64,000 bases of DNA from Eledone cirrhosa. Taxonomy: Eukaryota. Below the pieces are notes generated by a model. It was not told the DNA's origin and searched no databases. It worked only from the letters and a program-made list of their open reading frames with translations. The translations under genes were made by a program, and so were the position numbers. The stretch covers positions 66,402,001-66,466,000 of the forward strand of contig OZ024743.1 in assembly GCA_964016885.1 (NCBI GenBank). Reading direction: 5' to 3'. Shown in pieces: positions 15,624-34,560 of this stretch (position 1 is its first letter; each line of letters opens with the position of its first letter).

Positions 15624-16447
15624 TTACATATATATGTATATTTATATATGTGTATATAAATATAATGTACATATGCATAGATATGTATATATGTGTGTGC
15701 ATGTGTGTGTGTTTGTGTCCGTGTTTGAGAGTGCGTATATCTTTGTATGTTTGTGTTTCTAGTGTGTGTGTGTTTTTTCCTGCTTGACTGTGCGTATGTA
15801 TGCGTGTGGCATACGTTGTTATTGTTGGTGTTATGTAGCTATATGTCAATCCTAAGTGAAGAAAACTTTTTACTCCTGTGAGGCATAGGCCCTCCATAAG
15901 CCTGATGCAAAGGTTATTGGAAACTTTCAAAAGCATATGTTCCTTGTGGTGTATGGTGTATTGTTGTTTCCTTTCTTTTTCTGAATGTCAGTCCTGGTCG
16001 TAGAAATATTTTTCACTCACACGAAGCATGTATCCTCTACAAGCATCATGTAAAGGTTCTTGATCCCTTTCATCAGATATGTTTAAGCCTTATTCTGAAT
16101 GTCAACAGACACTACATATATATATCTACTGGCTTTTACGGAGGGCTGACGTCTTCAGGTTTGAGACAATGGTATACAAACATATTTGACTTAAGAATGA
16201 GTGATCAGAGAATCCCAAAGTATTCACGGATCCCAAATAACGGTGTTGGCTGGATATCCATAATTCTTCTAGGTTGTCTCTATTGATATTTTTAGAAACC
16301 AGAATTAGTCGTTTAGTTTACATATTGAAACCCTAATCTATCCAATTTATTTAATAACATATGTGATTTCTAGTAATAAATTGGAGTCATGGAAATTCCT
16401 CTCTAAAAGCATTTGAAATACCTAAGATAATATTGAGTTCAGATACT

Positions 16448-16662
16448 GATTTCTAATTCAAGCCCAAAGACAGCCATTTGTGGACAGGGAAAGTCGATTA
16501 CATCAGTCACAGTTCTTTACTAGTACTTTACTTTTTCGACCTCGAAAGGATGAAAGGCAAATTTGACATCGGCGAGATTTGAACGCAGAATGTAAAGAGC
16601 AGGAACAAATGACACAAAGCATTTCCTCCAACGTTCTACCGAATCTACCCATCCATCGCCCC
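16448..16662 (-). mobile_element. tRNA-derived SINE
   Basis: Reverse complement of the head, B box (gttcaaatc) and central block (gcctttcatcctttcgaggtcga). Confidence 0.8.
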
Positions 16663-17102
16663 TGTTGTTTTGATGACAACATCATGTTAAAATTGAAGAT
16701 AGCACTTTGATAACAATTTTGTAAGGTTTATTATATCATTCGTAATATCTATCAGAGATATGTGACAATATCACAATATCAATTGTTGTTTTATTACATC
16801 GTGGTGGGGTTTCAATGTTTTTTTATTAGGCCAGTGTGTCGCTATCTCGTAGATTGAACCTGATAATATCACTAGTTCTGTAAAAATACTTTCCCTATAT
16901 GAGCGTATATAAGTAAAAACAGTTGTGGTATATACGTGTATATTTGTAATGGTAAAATGACAGTTGAAACGAAGTTGAGAGAGAGAGAGAGAGAGAGACG
17001 GAGAGAGAGAGAGGTGACAGAAAGTGAGAGAGAGAGAGAACGAGAGAGAGAAAAAAAGAAAGAGGCTGAGAGAGATATAGGAGGGAGAATGTGTGTGTGT
17101 GT

Positions 17103-17184
<82 letters not shown>

Positions 17185-17586
17185 AGACAGGAGTGAGAGA
17201 GAGACTGATAGAAAAAAGAGGGAGAGGCAGAGAGAAAAAAGAGAGGGGGGGGGGGGGGGGGGGCAGAGAGAAAAAAGATAGGATGAGAGGATGAGAATGA
17301 AATGTAAATTGATATACTTCACAGGCAAAAGGTTATACATTTCTTTGAAAGAGGAAAGGAATGATACGGTTGTCCATAGCTATAAGATTACCTGATTGGT
17401 AGTAGTAATGTTAGTACGAATGGAATTGGTTCCGAACGATGGCGGAAAATAACTGGTAAGTTCAGGTGGCCACTGGCCTTTCATCCTCACAACCTCGACA
17501 CAAAGGTAGAAAAATATATGATGTAATATCTTTTTTAAAAAATGTATTTGTTATTTTAATTCTATTTTTTTTATTAGTTCGTAGAA

Positions 17587-17800
17587 TGGGTGATGGATTG
17601 GCAGTATCAGTTGAGCATCGGACAACAGGCTTTGCGGCATATAGTTACGGCCCTTTGCGTTCTGATTTCAAATCCAGCTGAGGTTAGTTTTGCCTTTCAT
17701 CCTTAAGGGGTCGATAAAATAAAGCACCAGTAACGTACTGGGATCGATTTAATCGACTTCCCCCCCCCCCCAATTTACTGGCCTTGTGCTTAAATCAGAC
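17587..17800 (+). mobile_element. tRNA-derived SINE, near full length
   Basis: gggtgatggattggcagtatc head (A-box-like), ttcaaatcc, gcctttcatcc...gtcgataaaataaag, tail ggccttgtgc. Confidence 0.85.
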
Positions 17801-18676
17801 AGCTGTAAGGTTTGGATATGTGACCCATTGTGAAGATGATACCACGTGACTGATTTGTCTTCATATAATAAAACTAGGAATAATCAACCCGATGAAACCA
17901 ATTTTCGTTTGGGATGGAATCATGAAGGAAGGATTATAATTCAGCAACTGTAAGCTATCTAAATCACTCCATAGTCATAGATTCTGGTTATTGATGATGA
18001 CAATCATGATGATGATGAGAATGATGATGATGCTTCTGATAGTGATGCTGTAGTTCTTGATCAAATTTACTTTCATCTTTCCGGAGTTGCTACAATAAAA
18101 TAACAGCCAAGTACTGGAATCCATATAATGGACATCCCACAAAAACAGATTGCTGACCTTGTGCCTCCATTTTGATCCATCATTACGAAGTTCGACTCAC
18201 TATTAGAAATACTTCGTATTTTCAAATAAACAACATATCTATAAAAGCTATCCATTACAATTCTCAGACCTGATAAAAGAAGTACAAAGGTGTACATCCA
18301 TGCAATGTATATGTGTCTGTATGGAGAGTGTGCGTGCTTGCACGCGCGTATGTGTGTGTGTGTGTGAGAGAGTGTGTGTGTGTGTATGGAAAGGTATCCA
18401 CTGTAATAATCAGTGCATGGTACAAGAAGTACCGATGTATTCATGCGAGTATGTGTATGTGCATGTATGTATATGTTGATGTGTATGTCTATGTGTGTGA
18501 TCGTGAGTACATCGTGTGTGTGGAAAGGTATTGAGTTCTCATTCTGGACAACTGAAGATCATCGAAGGAAAATAAGATCCTGATCTCGTGACGGTGGGAT
18601 CATATTTCAATAAGAGAAATGAAATAGTAAACTTAAACACACATACACATATATATTACATACATAATACATACAT

Positions 18677-18742
<66 letters not shown>

Positions 18743-18952
18743 TAATATGTATGTGATGAAACACAGATACCAACACATCTGTATATATATTGCGAAAGAA
18801 AAATTTAGCCAGATTGAAGTATACTAATTATTATACTACAGTTTGTCCATATCGATTTAAAATAATAAATCAACGGAGACGAACTGTATTGGCAAAAGGC
18901 CGTGATGTTTAGACACATTTAAATTTCAAAATCAAACCTGTTCCGTAGATAA

Positions 18953-19028
18953 GTTTAGACTTTAAGATCCAAATATGTTTCGAGTTAAATAAGTGTAGGA
19001 ATATCATGTCCCGCTCTCCTCAGTAAAC
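18953..19028 (-). ncRNA. Mirror copy of the 19149-19224 hammerhead
   Basis: Reverse complement within the palindrome. Confidence 0.8.
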
Positions 19029-19148
19029 ATCCAGAGACAAATAGATATGCTTCACTTCTAAATAATTTAAATTATTTTAAATTATTTAAATTATAATTTA
19101 AATATTTTAAATTATTTAGAAGTGAAGCATATCTATTTGTCTCTGGAT

Positions 19149-19224
19149 GTTTACTGAGGAGAGCGGGACATGATATTCCTACACTTATTTAACTCGAAAC
19201 ATATTTGGATCTTAAAGTCTAAAC
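19149..19224 (+). ncRNA. Type I hammerhead ribozyme, intact core, GUC site
   Basis: gttta-CTGAGGA-GAG...CTC-GAAAC-...-GTC-taaac; stem I gttta/taaac. Confidence 0.8.
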
Positions 19225-19507
19225 TTATCTACGGAACAGGTTTGATTTTGAAATTTAAATGTGTCTAAACATCACGGCCTTTTGCCAATACAGTTCGTCT
19301 CCGTTGATTTATTATTTTAAATCGATATGGACAAACTGTAGTATAATAATTAGTATACTTCAATCTGGCTAAATTTTTCTTTCGCAATATATATACAGAT
19401 GTGTTGGTATCTGTGTTTCATCACATACATATTAATTTATAAACTGCTCAGGGGATATATTTTTCCTCATTCGAGCTGATTCCATTGTAAAAGTATTCAT
19501 TACCTTA

Positions 19508-19580
<73 letters not shown>

Positions 19581-19620
19581 TATACATATATATGCATATA
19601 TATATATATATATTCATATA

Positions 19621-19694
19621 CAGGGTGTCCCAAAACTGTACACACCTTTCAACATCATTCTAATCAATGTGTGTATACATTTGTGGGGACACTG
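19621..19694. mobile_element. Tiny Tc1/mariner-type MITE
   Basis: TA|cagggtgtcccaaaa...tgtacacac / gtgtatacat...ggggacactg|TA: imperfect TIRs with TA flanks. Confidence 0.6.
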
Positions 19695-20302
19695 TACATA
19701 AATAAACACATATACACATAAATACATAAACATATGTGCAGATACATATGAAGATACACGCAAACATATGTTCATACATTATATACACGATACTAGAAGA
19801 TCAAGTTGAACGCTAATGGAAGTCTATATGGGGGGAGAAATGATAAGTTTAGCACGCAAGCTTCATGAGCAGAAGATCTAGAACCGCGTTATGGCAGACA
19901 TATTGCAAAAAAAAAAAAAAAAGAGCTATGTGAAACTAATGGCACAATACTGAAAACAATCCTAAAGAAAATGACAATCAGACCATTCCTAAGCCCATAT
20001 CTTATAACGAAATATTGGTTCAAGTATATTACATTTATCGCCGATATTTGAGAACACTTCATAAAAATCGCATGAAACACGTCCCCAAATGGCTGCCAAC
20101 AGATATTACTCTTCTCATTACGTAATATTAACGAGTTTTACTGTAATATAATCGAACGAAAAATATATCCATGTGAAAAAAGATTCGACATTCTGTTGAT
20201 ATTCAAACGCCTGGAATGTAAAATGTTCTTACATGAAATTTTCTGTAATCTGAACACCACGTAATACACATTTTATTCGATTATATTACATAATGATTAT
20301 GC

Positions 20303-23682
<3,380 letters not shown>

Positions 23683-24990
23683 TGCTACAGTAAAGCCAGA
23701 GTCCTGGTGTTTCTCCAGTGCAAGGCGCATACAATAGTCCACTACGATGATAAAAAGGTAGGGAGCCAATGTATCTCCCTGGAGCACTCCAGCCAGTATC
23801 TCAAAGAACTCTGTCATCCCATCAGGTGTAATGACTTGGGCTTTGGTGTTGGTGTAGAGCAGTGATATCAGGTCCACTATCCTCTTGGGGATTCCATAAG
23901 CCTGTAAGATCATCATCAGGCAGTAACGGTCCACAGAATCAAAGGCCTTCCTAAAGTCAATGAAAACCATGACCGCAGGAAGGCACTTTGCTCTAGCTCC
24001 CTCTAATATCCTCCTCAGCATCAGGATGCGACTGGTGGTTGATCTACCCTCTCTGAAGCCGTTCTGGTTGTCCCTGAGCTTCTTCTCCATCTCAGGCTGG
24101 ATCCTGTTAAGAATCATCCTGTTGAGGGTCTTTGCCACAAGTGACGTCAGTGAGATCCCCCGGTAGTAGCACCGGCTCAGAGCAGGAGAGTTGGGACGAA
24201 AAAGGTATCGGATGCTGAATTTGCCGACGACATAGTTTTGGTGACAAATACAGTGAAGGAGGCAGAGGATTTGATGCGGGAGGTTGAGACTGTGTTGATG
24301 AGTGTGGGGCTGAGAATAAATGAGACTAAAACAAAATATCTGGTAGAGAATGTTGAGAAGCCAGAGGGGATCACTAATGTAGGCGGGAAGCCGCTGGAAT
24401 TGGTTGACGACTTTCTGTATTTGGGAGCAAAGATTGGGAATACGGAAGATGATGTGGTTGAGGGAAGAGCAAGGCCTGGGCGGCGTGTCACAGCTTGAGA
24501 TCGGTGTGGAAGTCGGACCTTCGTATAGACCTGAAAACCCGCCTCTTCATTGCTGTAGTGGAGTCTGTGCTGCTGTATGGGTCTGAGACTTGGACACTGA
24601 CCAAGAGACTCACTCAGATGGTGGATGGGTGCTACACGAGAATGCTGAGGATGGCTCTGAACATTAATCAGTATACACTGAGGACGAAAAACTCAGAGCT
24701 GTATGGGAGCATCCCAAAAGTCAGCTCAAAAGTGACACAGAGGAGATTGAGGTTGGTTGGACATGCTCACCGACATCCAGAGTTGACATTGCACTCAGTG
24801 CTCCTTTGGGAGCCCCTACATGGACACACTAGAAGAGGAAGACCAAGGTTAACATATGTTGATGGCCTAAGGACAGACACTGGTCTGTTGGAGATGCAGG
24901 ATATGGCAGCGATAATGAGGGACAGAGACCGCTGGAGAGAACTCGTCCATGGATCTCGGGAATTTTACCCGCCTTAGATAGATAGATAGA
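23683..24990. mobile_element. RTE-group LINE with 5' inversion (23683-24170 minus; 24166-24977 plus) and (TAGA)n tail
   Basis: Minus: [33 protein letters not shown]...GFTVA. Plus: VAPAQSRR...EFADD, FLYLG, LLYGSETW, GRPRLTY, DRDRWR, with one frameshift. Confidence 0.92.
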
Positions 24991-25063
24991 TATATACATA
25001 TATATATATATATAAATATATATATATATGTATACATATATATACATATATATACATATATAT

Positions 25064-25137
<74 letters not shown>

Positions 25138-25147
25138 ATATATATAT

Positions 25148-26347
25148 GATAAAGAACACAAGAGCGTCTACAACATCAACATATTTTTATTGGCTTACAA
25201 TGTTTCTTCCTTACGTAGCCGTAGGATTCGTCAGAGCTATAAAAGGGGTTTGATTGGTGTTATGGACTCTACCAACCAAACATTCAAGAACAAAGAGTAA
25301 AGAGAGTAAAGAGCAAAAGTAGGGGACGATAAGTCTAATTTTGGTGCGGGGGGGGTGGGGTGTGGGTCCTTGTTTACTAGCTGCGGTCATATTCATTCCC
25401 GGTAGTCGAGTGGTTAGCTGAACCATAGATGGGGTGGCGTCGATAGTATGGTGCAGAGGGTGTGAAGAGGCTACACAAACACAAAGCGCATACAATATAT
25501 ATATATATATAACGGAGGAGAAAGTACATGAGGTAATTAGAAATGGAAAAAGAGTAATAATAATAATCTATAATTAATAATGTATAATAAGGCATGGGAA
25601 AGATTACACTATAATAAGGTATAAAAGTAAGGATAAGGTAAAATATAAAGGAGGATAAAAGTGGAAATAATAAAGATAAAAAATATATATTTAAAAAAAT
25701 ATATAGAGAATATATAAAGAAATATAAGCGAGTATTTGGAGGGGAAAACACAATGTAAAAAAAACGGTTTTTTTCAAATAAAAATAAAAATATTATAATT
25801 ATGGGGGGAGAAAACGGGATAGAGAAATATGATCAAATGTGATTAGTTGAGAGAATATAAGATGATAATAGTTATGTCAAGTTTATACATCTTAATAATA
25901 AATAATCTGTGTATCAGAGTTACAGAACCATCAATTCACTTACAGGTTCAAGCCACGTGGCATAGTCCATTGTTTATCTGTGCGGTCATGCGCGTTTGTT
26001 TTTGACACCACAGCAGATGCACAAGTTCGTAAATTCCAATGCAGGTAGAAATCTATTTTTGCTGACCCGGACATTGACGGAGGATCCAATATTCCTAGTT
26101 CAATATGTGTGTGGTGTTATTTTGGTCGCACAAATCAATCACTTGGTTCAATATTATGGAGTATGGTTTTCTGGTCTTCGTAACAGTATCAGTGGTTGTA
26201 TATCTCGAAATCACCAGGATCACAGTACTCCGGTTTGGTGTGATTATCGGTCATCCAGCTATGTTGTCGGTGGTTGGATTCAATTCTTTAACCCCGAACG
26301 TAGAACTTTGGTCTCGATAGAACATTAACGAGGCAGGGTGAGATCGC
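25148..26347 (-). mobile_element. Degenerate Penelope-like element 3' part
   Basis: Minus-strand coding remnant ends TMPRGLNL* (PxGLN GIY-YIG C-terminus), followed by AT-rich UTR, HHR and AATAAA; bounded by TA tracts. Confidence 0.65.
25193..25237 (-). ncRNA. Minimal hammerhead ribozyme, intact core
   Basis: gct-CTGACGA-aTCCTACG gcta CGTAaGGA-a-GAAAC-ATT-GTA-agc, then AATAAA. Confidence 0.8.
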
Positions 26348-29342
<2,995 letters not shown>

Positions 29343-29979
29343 ATATCACGATAAATTAACGGAGGCATAGGCCGTCGTTATTTCCTGTAAATAATGTGCT
29401 CAAAGGGGAAGAGATCCTGAGCCCTTTAAAATATAATATGTTGAGAAGGTAACACACCAGAGAGAAATATATAGTGCGTTATCAATAATACAGGGAAAAA
29501 ACCACCAGTGTATGGAATCTATAACCTATGAAAGGCAGACTATAGACACGATAATTAAAAATATAAATTAAAGCGTAAATAAATACCTTTATAACTATAT
29601 AACACACGTACAAATCCAAAGATATGTTTCACCAAAAGATTTGTTGAAAGAAATGGTCTAATCTCGGTTCATCAGCGTGTGTAAGGCCATACATTTCAGA
29701 CAACACTAAGAGAATTTTACAATTGACTGTCCAGCTACACGTGGGAGAGAGAAGTCACAGCGTGTTTAAGGGCAGTGAACCAGTGGCCTCTGAGAGACGA
29801 ACTGCTAGAAAGGGCAGCCCAAAGCCACTCAGAGAAGTGTGCTCAACCAAACAGAGATAGGAAAGACTGTTATTAGGAGCGAAATATCACGATAAATTAA
29901 CGGAGGCATAGGCCGTCGTTATTCCCTGTAAATAGTGTGCTTAAAGGGCTCAGGATCTCTTCCCCTTTGAGCACATTAT
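29343..29979 (-). mobile_element. ~540-nt non-coding HHR unit with 58-bp terminal direct repeat and 39-bp inverted arm
   Basis: Direct repeat 29343-29400 / 29884-29941. 29941-29979 is the reverse complement of 29391-29429. HHR at 29602-29682. Confidence 0.75.
29602..29682 (-). ncRNA. Full type I hammerhead ribozyme, GUA site
   Basis: acacacg-CTGATGA-ACC...GGT-GAAAC-atatc tttg gattt-GTA-cgtgtgt: 7-bp stem I, stem II and stem III all present. Confidence 0.85.
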
Positions 29980-31195
29980 GTCGGACAGACGGGACGTCGC
30001 CTGGCGGACCGATTCACTGAGCACCTCCGGGATATTCGTCTCGGGGGTAGTTCCCCCATCGCCCGCCACTTTGGTGGCCCTGGACATTCCACACGCCATC
30101 TTACAGTCTGTGGCCTACTCCAGTGCCACGGAACACCCGCCAATCGCCTTAGGGTCGAACAACGAACTATCTTCATCTTACAGACCCACACTCCCCCCGG
30201 CCTGAACTCCCCACCCTTATTCCTTTAGCCTTCGACCCCCCCCCCCCTCCCTCCCCTCACACTTATCCCCCACTAACACCACTAACACACCCCTCCTTTT
30301 CACCGCCCACCCCACAACTAACAATACTAACACTTCCACTCCACCCCTCATCTGACCACCCTTCCCCAACTAACATACTAACATCCCTCCCTTCTTCTCA
30401 TCCTCCGCCTCCTTATCACACGCACACACCCACCGGCACATATATACACGCGCTCACACTAAACACACACCCTACTACCACCACTAACCCTCACCCCCAC
30501 ACCTCTCACCCCACACCTCCAACCCACCACCCCGCAACTAACCTCACTAACACCCCCTAACCCCAAGCACACGAACACACGCACCCACTTACACCACCCA
30601 CCCCACACGCAACTAACATCACTAACACCCCCAACCCCACGCACACGTACCCACACACCCTCGTACACCACCAACTCTACACACCCTACCACCACTAACC
30701 CCCACTCACACCTGCATTCAACCCCGTTCTTCCCCCAACCCTTACTTTCACATACACACACACACACGTACACCTACACACACACCCCACCTTCAGCCCT
30801 CCCTGCTCGGACACCCGTCTCCCTCTCCCCACTCCACCCGCCACCACCCCTACACACCCCACACCCTTCCACCACCTATTTTACCCCCCTTTTAATTTCA
30901 GTTTATTTTGATCATGCTTTTATATTTAAATTTATTTCATTCCTTGTATTTTGATCATGCTTTATTTTTATTTTTTTTATTATTTTTTTTTTTTTCATTC
31001 GCACCGTTTCCTTTCGCTATATGTCGCTCCACCAATCCCCTACACACCCTTTGAACTCTGTTCCCACACACTTCTCACCTGAGGAAGGGCTTATGCCCGA
31101 AATGTCGTCCCCCACCAACACCCACTCTCCAGAGCGTGAAATTAATAAACATTCGTTGTACTGCCTCTCTGTTTTGTCCCTGTTCAAATTTTTCC

Positions 31196-31197
<2 letters not shown>
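29977..31197 (+). mobile_element. 5'-truncated Penelope-like element (family B): GIY-YIG C-terminus, C/A-rich UTR, HHR, AATAAA
   Basis: The frame from 29977 (not in the ORF track) reads YVGQTGRRLADRFTEHLRDIR...IARHF...H...RLRVEQRTIFILQTHTPPGLN. Confidence 0.88.
31076..31109 (+). ncRNA. Minimal PLE-type hammerhead motif
   Basis: CTGAGGA-aGGGC ttat GCCC-GAAA-TGTC-gt. Confidence 0.7.
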
Positions 31198-31250
<53 letters not shown>

Positions 31251-31638
31251 AAAGGTATACATATATATATATATAAAGTCATAAATATACATGTGTTTTG
31301 CAACGGGTCACTTAGTGGCTCAATGAAGAATTAATAAATTAAATAATCAGAGCTATATATCATAAAACATGTCTATAGAAACACCAGATAAAATATATAC
31401 CGTTTCCTCTCCCAATTAGCATAATTAACCGTATAAAAAATCAATTAGAACAAGCTATAAGAATAAAGGCTCCTATGAAGAAATCTCCGACAAATAACCG
31501 AAGGCAGCTCTTCCCGGCGGTTGCTACGGATCATTTATCGAATATTTCGACAGCATGTATAAATCGACCAGATATTCAGTCAACTAAACAGAATTAGGTG
31601 TAAAATAAACTAGAAGAAAAGTGTACATATTTAAATAC

Positions 31639-31711
31639 CTCTACCATGGTTTCATCCGCATTTAAGACGTCCGATAACATTGGATATCTAGAGGTTCGGA
31701 TTCTTCAGGAA
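31639..31711 (-). ncRNA. Hammerhead ribozyme with palindromic stem III
   Basis: ttc-CTGAAGA-ATCCG...CGGAT-GAAAC-CATG-GTA-gag. Confidence 0.8.
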
Positions 31712-31814
31712 GTTAGCTCAAATTTAGACAATTAATTTTCCAAAGTGATCGCGCCAAGAATACATTCAAAAATGGCTAAGAATCCTGACGTGGCAGCGGT
31801 CAAGTTATACATAT

Positions 31815-31845
<31 letters not shown>

Positions 31846-31907
31846 CATATATATATATATATAGTGACGAAACAAGTCAATTGCATGAACTCATAATCTT
31901 TTATTTA

Positions 31908-31961
31908 CTGCTACATATATTTCGATGATAGCCATTGAATGGCTATGACCACATCAGGCAG
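31908..31961 (-). ncRNA. Hammerhead motif (A9->U); family shared with 49181-49233 and 63646-63702
   Basis: ctgc-CTGATGT-ggtcATAGCCAT tca ATGGCTATcatc-GAAA-tatat-GTA-gcag. Confidence 0.65.
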
Positions 31962-32408
31962 TTAATCAGTTCTTAGATATGCCAGCTCTGTGTTTATAGT
32001 GTTGATGGTATCAGAGCCTTGGGACATATGAGCTTGTTAGGAATAATTTAATGTTTTCAGCAGGAATAGTCTTATTTCTCATTGGTCAATTTGTAGATGC
32101 TAGTAAGGTTGGTATTTGACCTCAAAGAGGCAGGTGGTGTTGTAAAGTTCAAACCGTCAGGCAAGATGACAATAGTTCCATATGACTGATTTTCACAAAA
32201 AGCATTCCTGATCAGATATATATTCAATTAAGGTTAATAGTATGAAATAGATACTACAGGTCATTCTTAAATTGAGGAATTTATGTGGAGTGGTGCTACT
32301 GAAATTTATGGTTAGAGTAGAAAATTTACAAATAAAAAGACTTATGTAGGTTGGCTTGCACGTATGTATATACATATGCATATATATATGTATATATATA
32401 TACGTATG

Positions 32409-32450
<42 letters not shown>

Positions 32451-32458
32451 TACGTATG

Positions 32459-32492
<34 letters not shown>

Positions 32493-32612
32493 TATGTATA
32501 TATATATGTATGTATAAGAATGTATATATATATACATATATATACGCGTACATATATGCATATATATGTGCATACACACACATTTATATATATACATATA
32601 TATGCATATATA

Positions 32613-32682
<70 letters not shown>

Positions 32683-32793
32683 AATATATGTATATATGTA
32701 TATGTATATGCATATATATGCATATATATGTACATATATTTATATAAATATATATACAGAATCATATATATATACATATATATATATATACAG

Positions 32794-32849
<56 letters not shown>

Positions 32850-32950
32850 CGCACGCTTATGCATACATATATGTGTATATAAATGTGAGTATATATACAT
32901 ACACACATATAAATATAACGACGCATATACATACACATACGTATGTAGAA

Positions 32951-32992
<42 letters not shown>

Positions 32993-33014
32993 TATATATA
33001 TATATATATATACA

Positions 33015-33075
<61 letters not shown>

Positions 33076-33114
33076 CACATACATAGAGATAGGGTTTCAA
33101 TTCCACGAAAAGAC

Positions 33115-33290
33115 ATTTGTCAATTTATTTCCGCCCCTTTACATTCTGAATTCCAATCCCGCCGAGGCTAGCTTTACCTTTCACTCTTAGGTGTTCGATA
33201 AAATAAAGTACCAGTCATTAACTGAGGACAAATTAATCCACTTTCATCTCTCTTCAAATTGCCGGCCTTGAGCCTATTGTAGAAAAGATT
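33115..33290 (+). mobile_element. tRNA-derived SINE, partial (another copy on the minus strand at ~33740-33910)
   Basis: B-box-like gaattccaatcccgccgagg, central block and tail. Confidence 0.7.
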
Positions 33291-34560
33291 AATGTCACAT
33301 ACATATAATCTTATACCATATCTGTTCTCCCCAGGGTAATCAATGGAGTTTTCCCATACTGTTAGCTATAACTAGCAAAATATTTATGCAGTCTGTAACT
33401 AACAAAATAAGCGAAGACAGACATTAAAATATAGCAAATATCTCTGTCTTTGGTCATTATAAATACTAATACTATACTTCTCTTCCCGTATGTGTGAAGC
33501 TGTAAAACCCGGCGGAGCACATTCTCTCTCTAGATCTGAACATAGACAGTTTCTCCCAGTGGAGAGAGAGAGAGAGAGAGAGAGAGAACGGGGGTGGGAG
33601 AGAGCAAGGGGTGAAGAGATAGAGGGGGGTGAGAAAACGTGAAAGAGACGAGGAGAGAGAGGGCGAAGGTGGAGAAAGAGGGAGAAAAGAGGGGAGAAAG
33701 AGAGAGTAAACGAGAGGAAGCAAGTAAGAGATATAGATGAAGAATCGATCCCAGTATTGAATTGGTTCATTTTCTATCGACCTCAGAATGACGAATGACA
33801 AAGTTGACCCCGGAATGTAAAAAATCCGGAACAAATGCTGCAATAATATTTTATCTAAACGAATACCGCATAACATTCTATCCGACGTACTAATGACTGT
33901 CCATTCGCCACCTCACACCTCTACACGATGAAACAAAAATAAACCTACATTAGATTGATTACCAAAGAGCCAAGTTCCTTATCCAATTGCCATATTTTTA
34001 TATCTGGTTATTCTATCACTGATCCTATGACATCTGTTCCTCATAGCTCTCTGTTACCACTAATGTTCCGCTTAAAATATTACTGTGCGAAGCATTACGA
34101 TTTGTCTGGCTCTCACATTGTTGTTATTATTCTCATTAAGAACGCATATTAAACAACATTTCTGAATCTTTCACTAAACTAATATTGTGGAAGTGTCCCT
34201 AACGGGTTTCCTCTGTCCTCGAAAACCTCAAATATATATATAGAAAGAGATACACTAACAGACATACAAAATCAAAATGCACGCAAATCACATGCAAACA
34301 GACATCCAACCACACTCACGCATATGTATGTATATATGTATATATGTATGGATGTATGTCTGCATGTAAGTATATGCTTGTGGGTGTGGGTATGTGTATA
34401 CATGCATGTATGTACGTGTTTATGTACGTATATATAATGTACATATATATATGTATGTATGTAGTTATGCATGTATGTATCTAGTTATATATGTGTGCAT
34501 GTATGTAAGTATATATGTATGTATGTTATATATGTTATGTATGTGTGCATGTATGTATAT

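Larger units (their letters stand above)
18736..19513. mobile_element. ~700-bp near-perfect palindrome (18736-19441) of an HHR-bearing pLTR plus one-sided ~70-bp tail, in (TA)n
   Basis: Arms are symmetric about ~19088 and each carries a complete HHR. The tail 19442-19513 is on the right only. Confidence 0.9.

Noticed and set aside
11561-16160. Further HHR-like remnants (11561-11595, 12798-12875, 16123-16160; also 548-566 and 60920-60955)
   Set aside because: Two or more core mismatches or a missing half; too degenerate to call individually.
30230-30890. C/A-rich tract with ctaac motifs resembling telomeric repeats
   Set aside because: Irregular, with no tandem (CCCTAA)n array; it lies in the 3'UTR of the family-B PLE.
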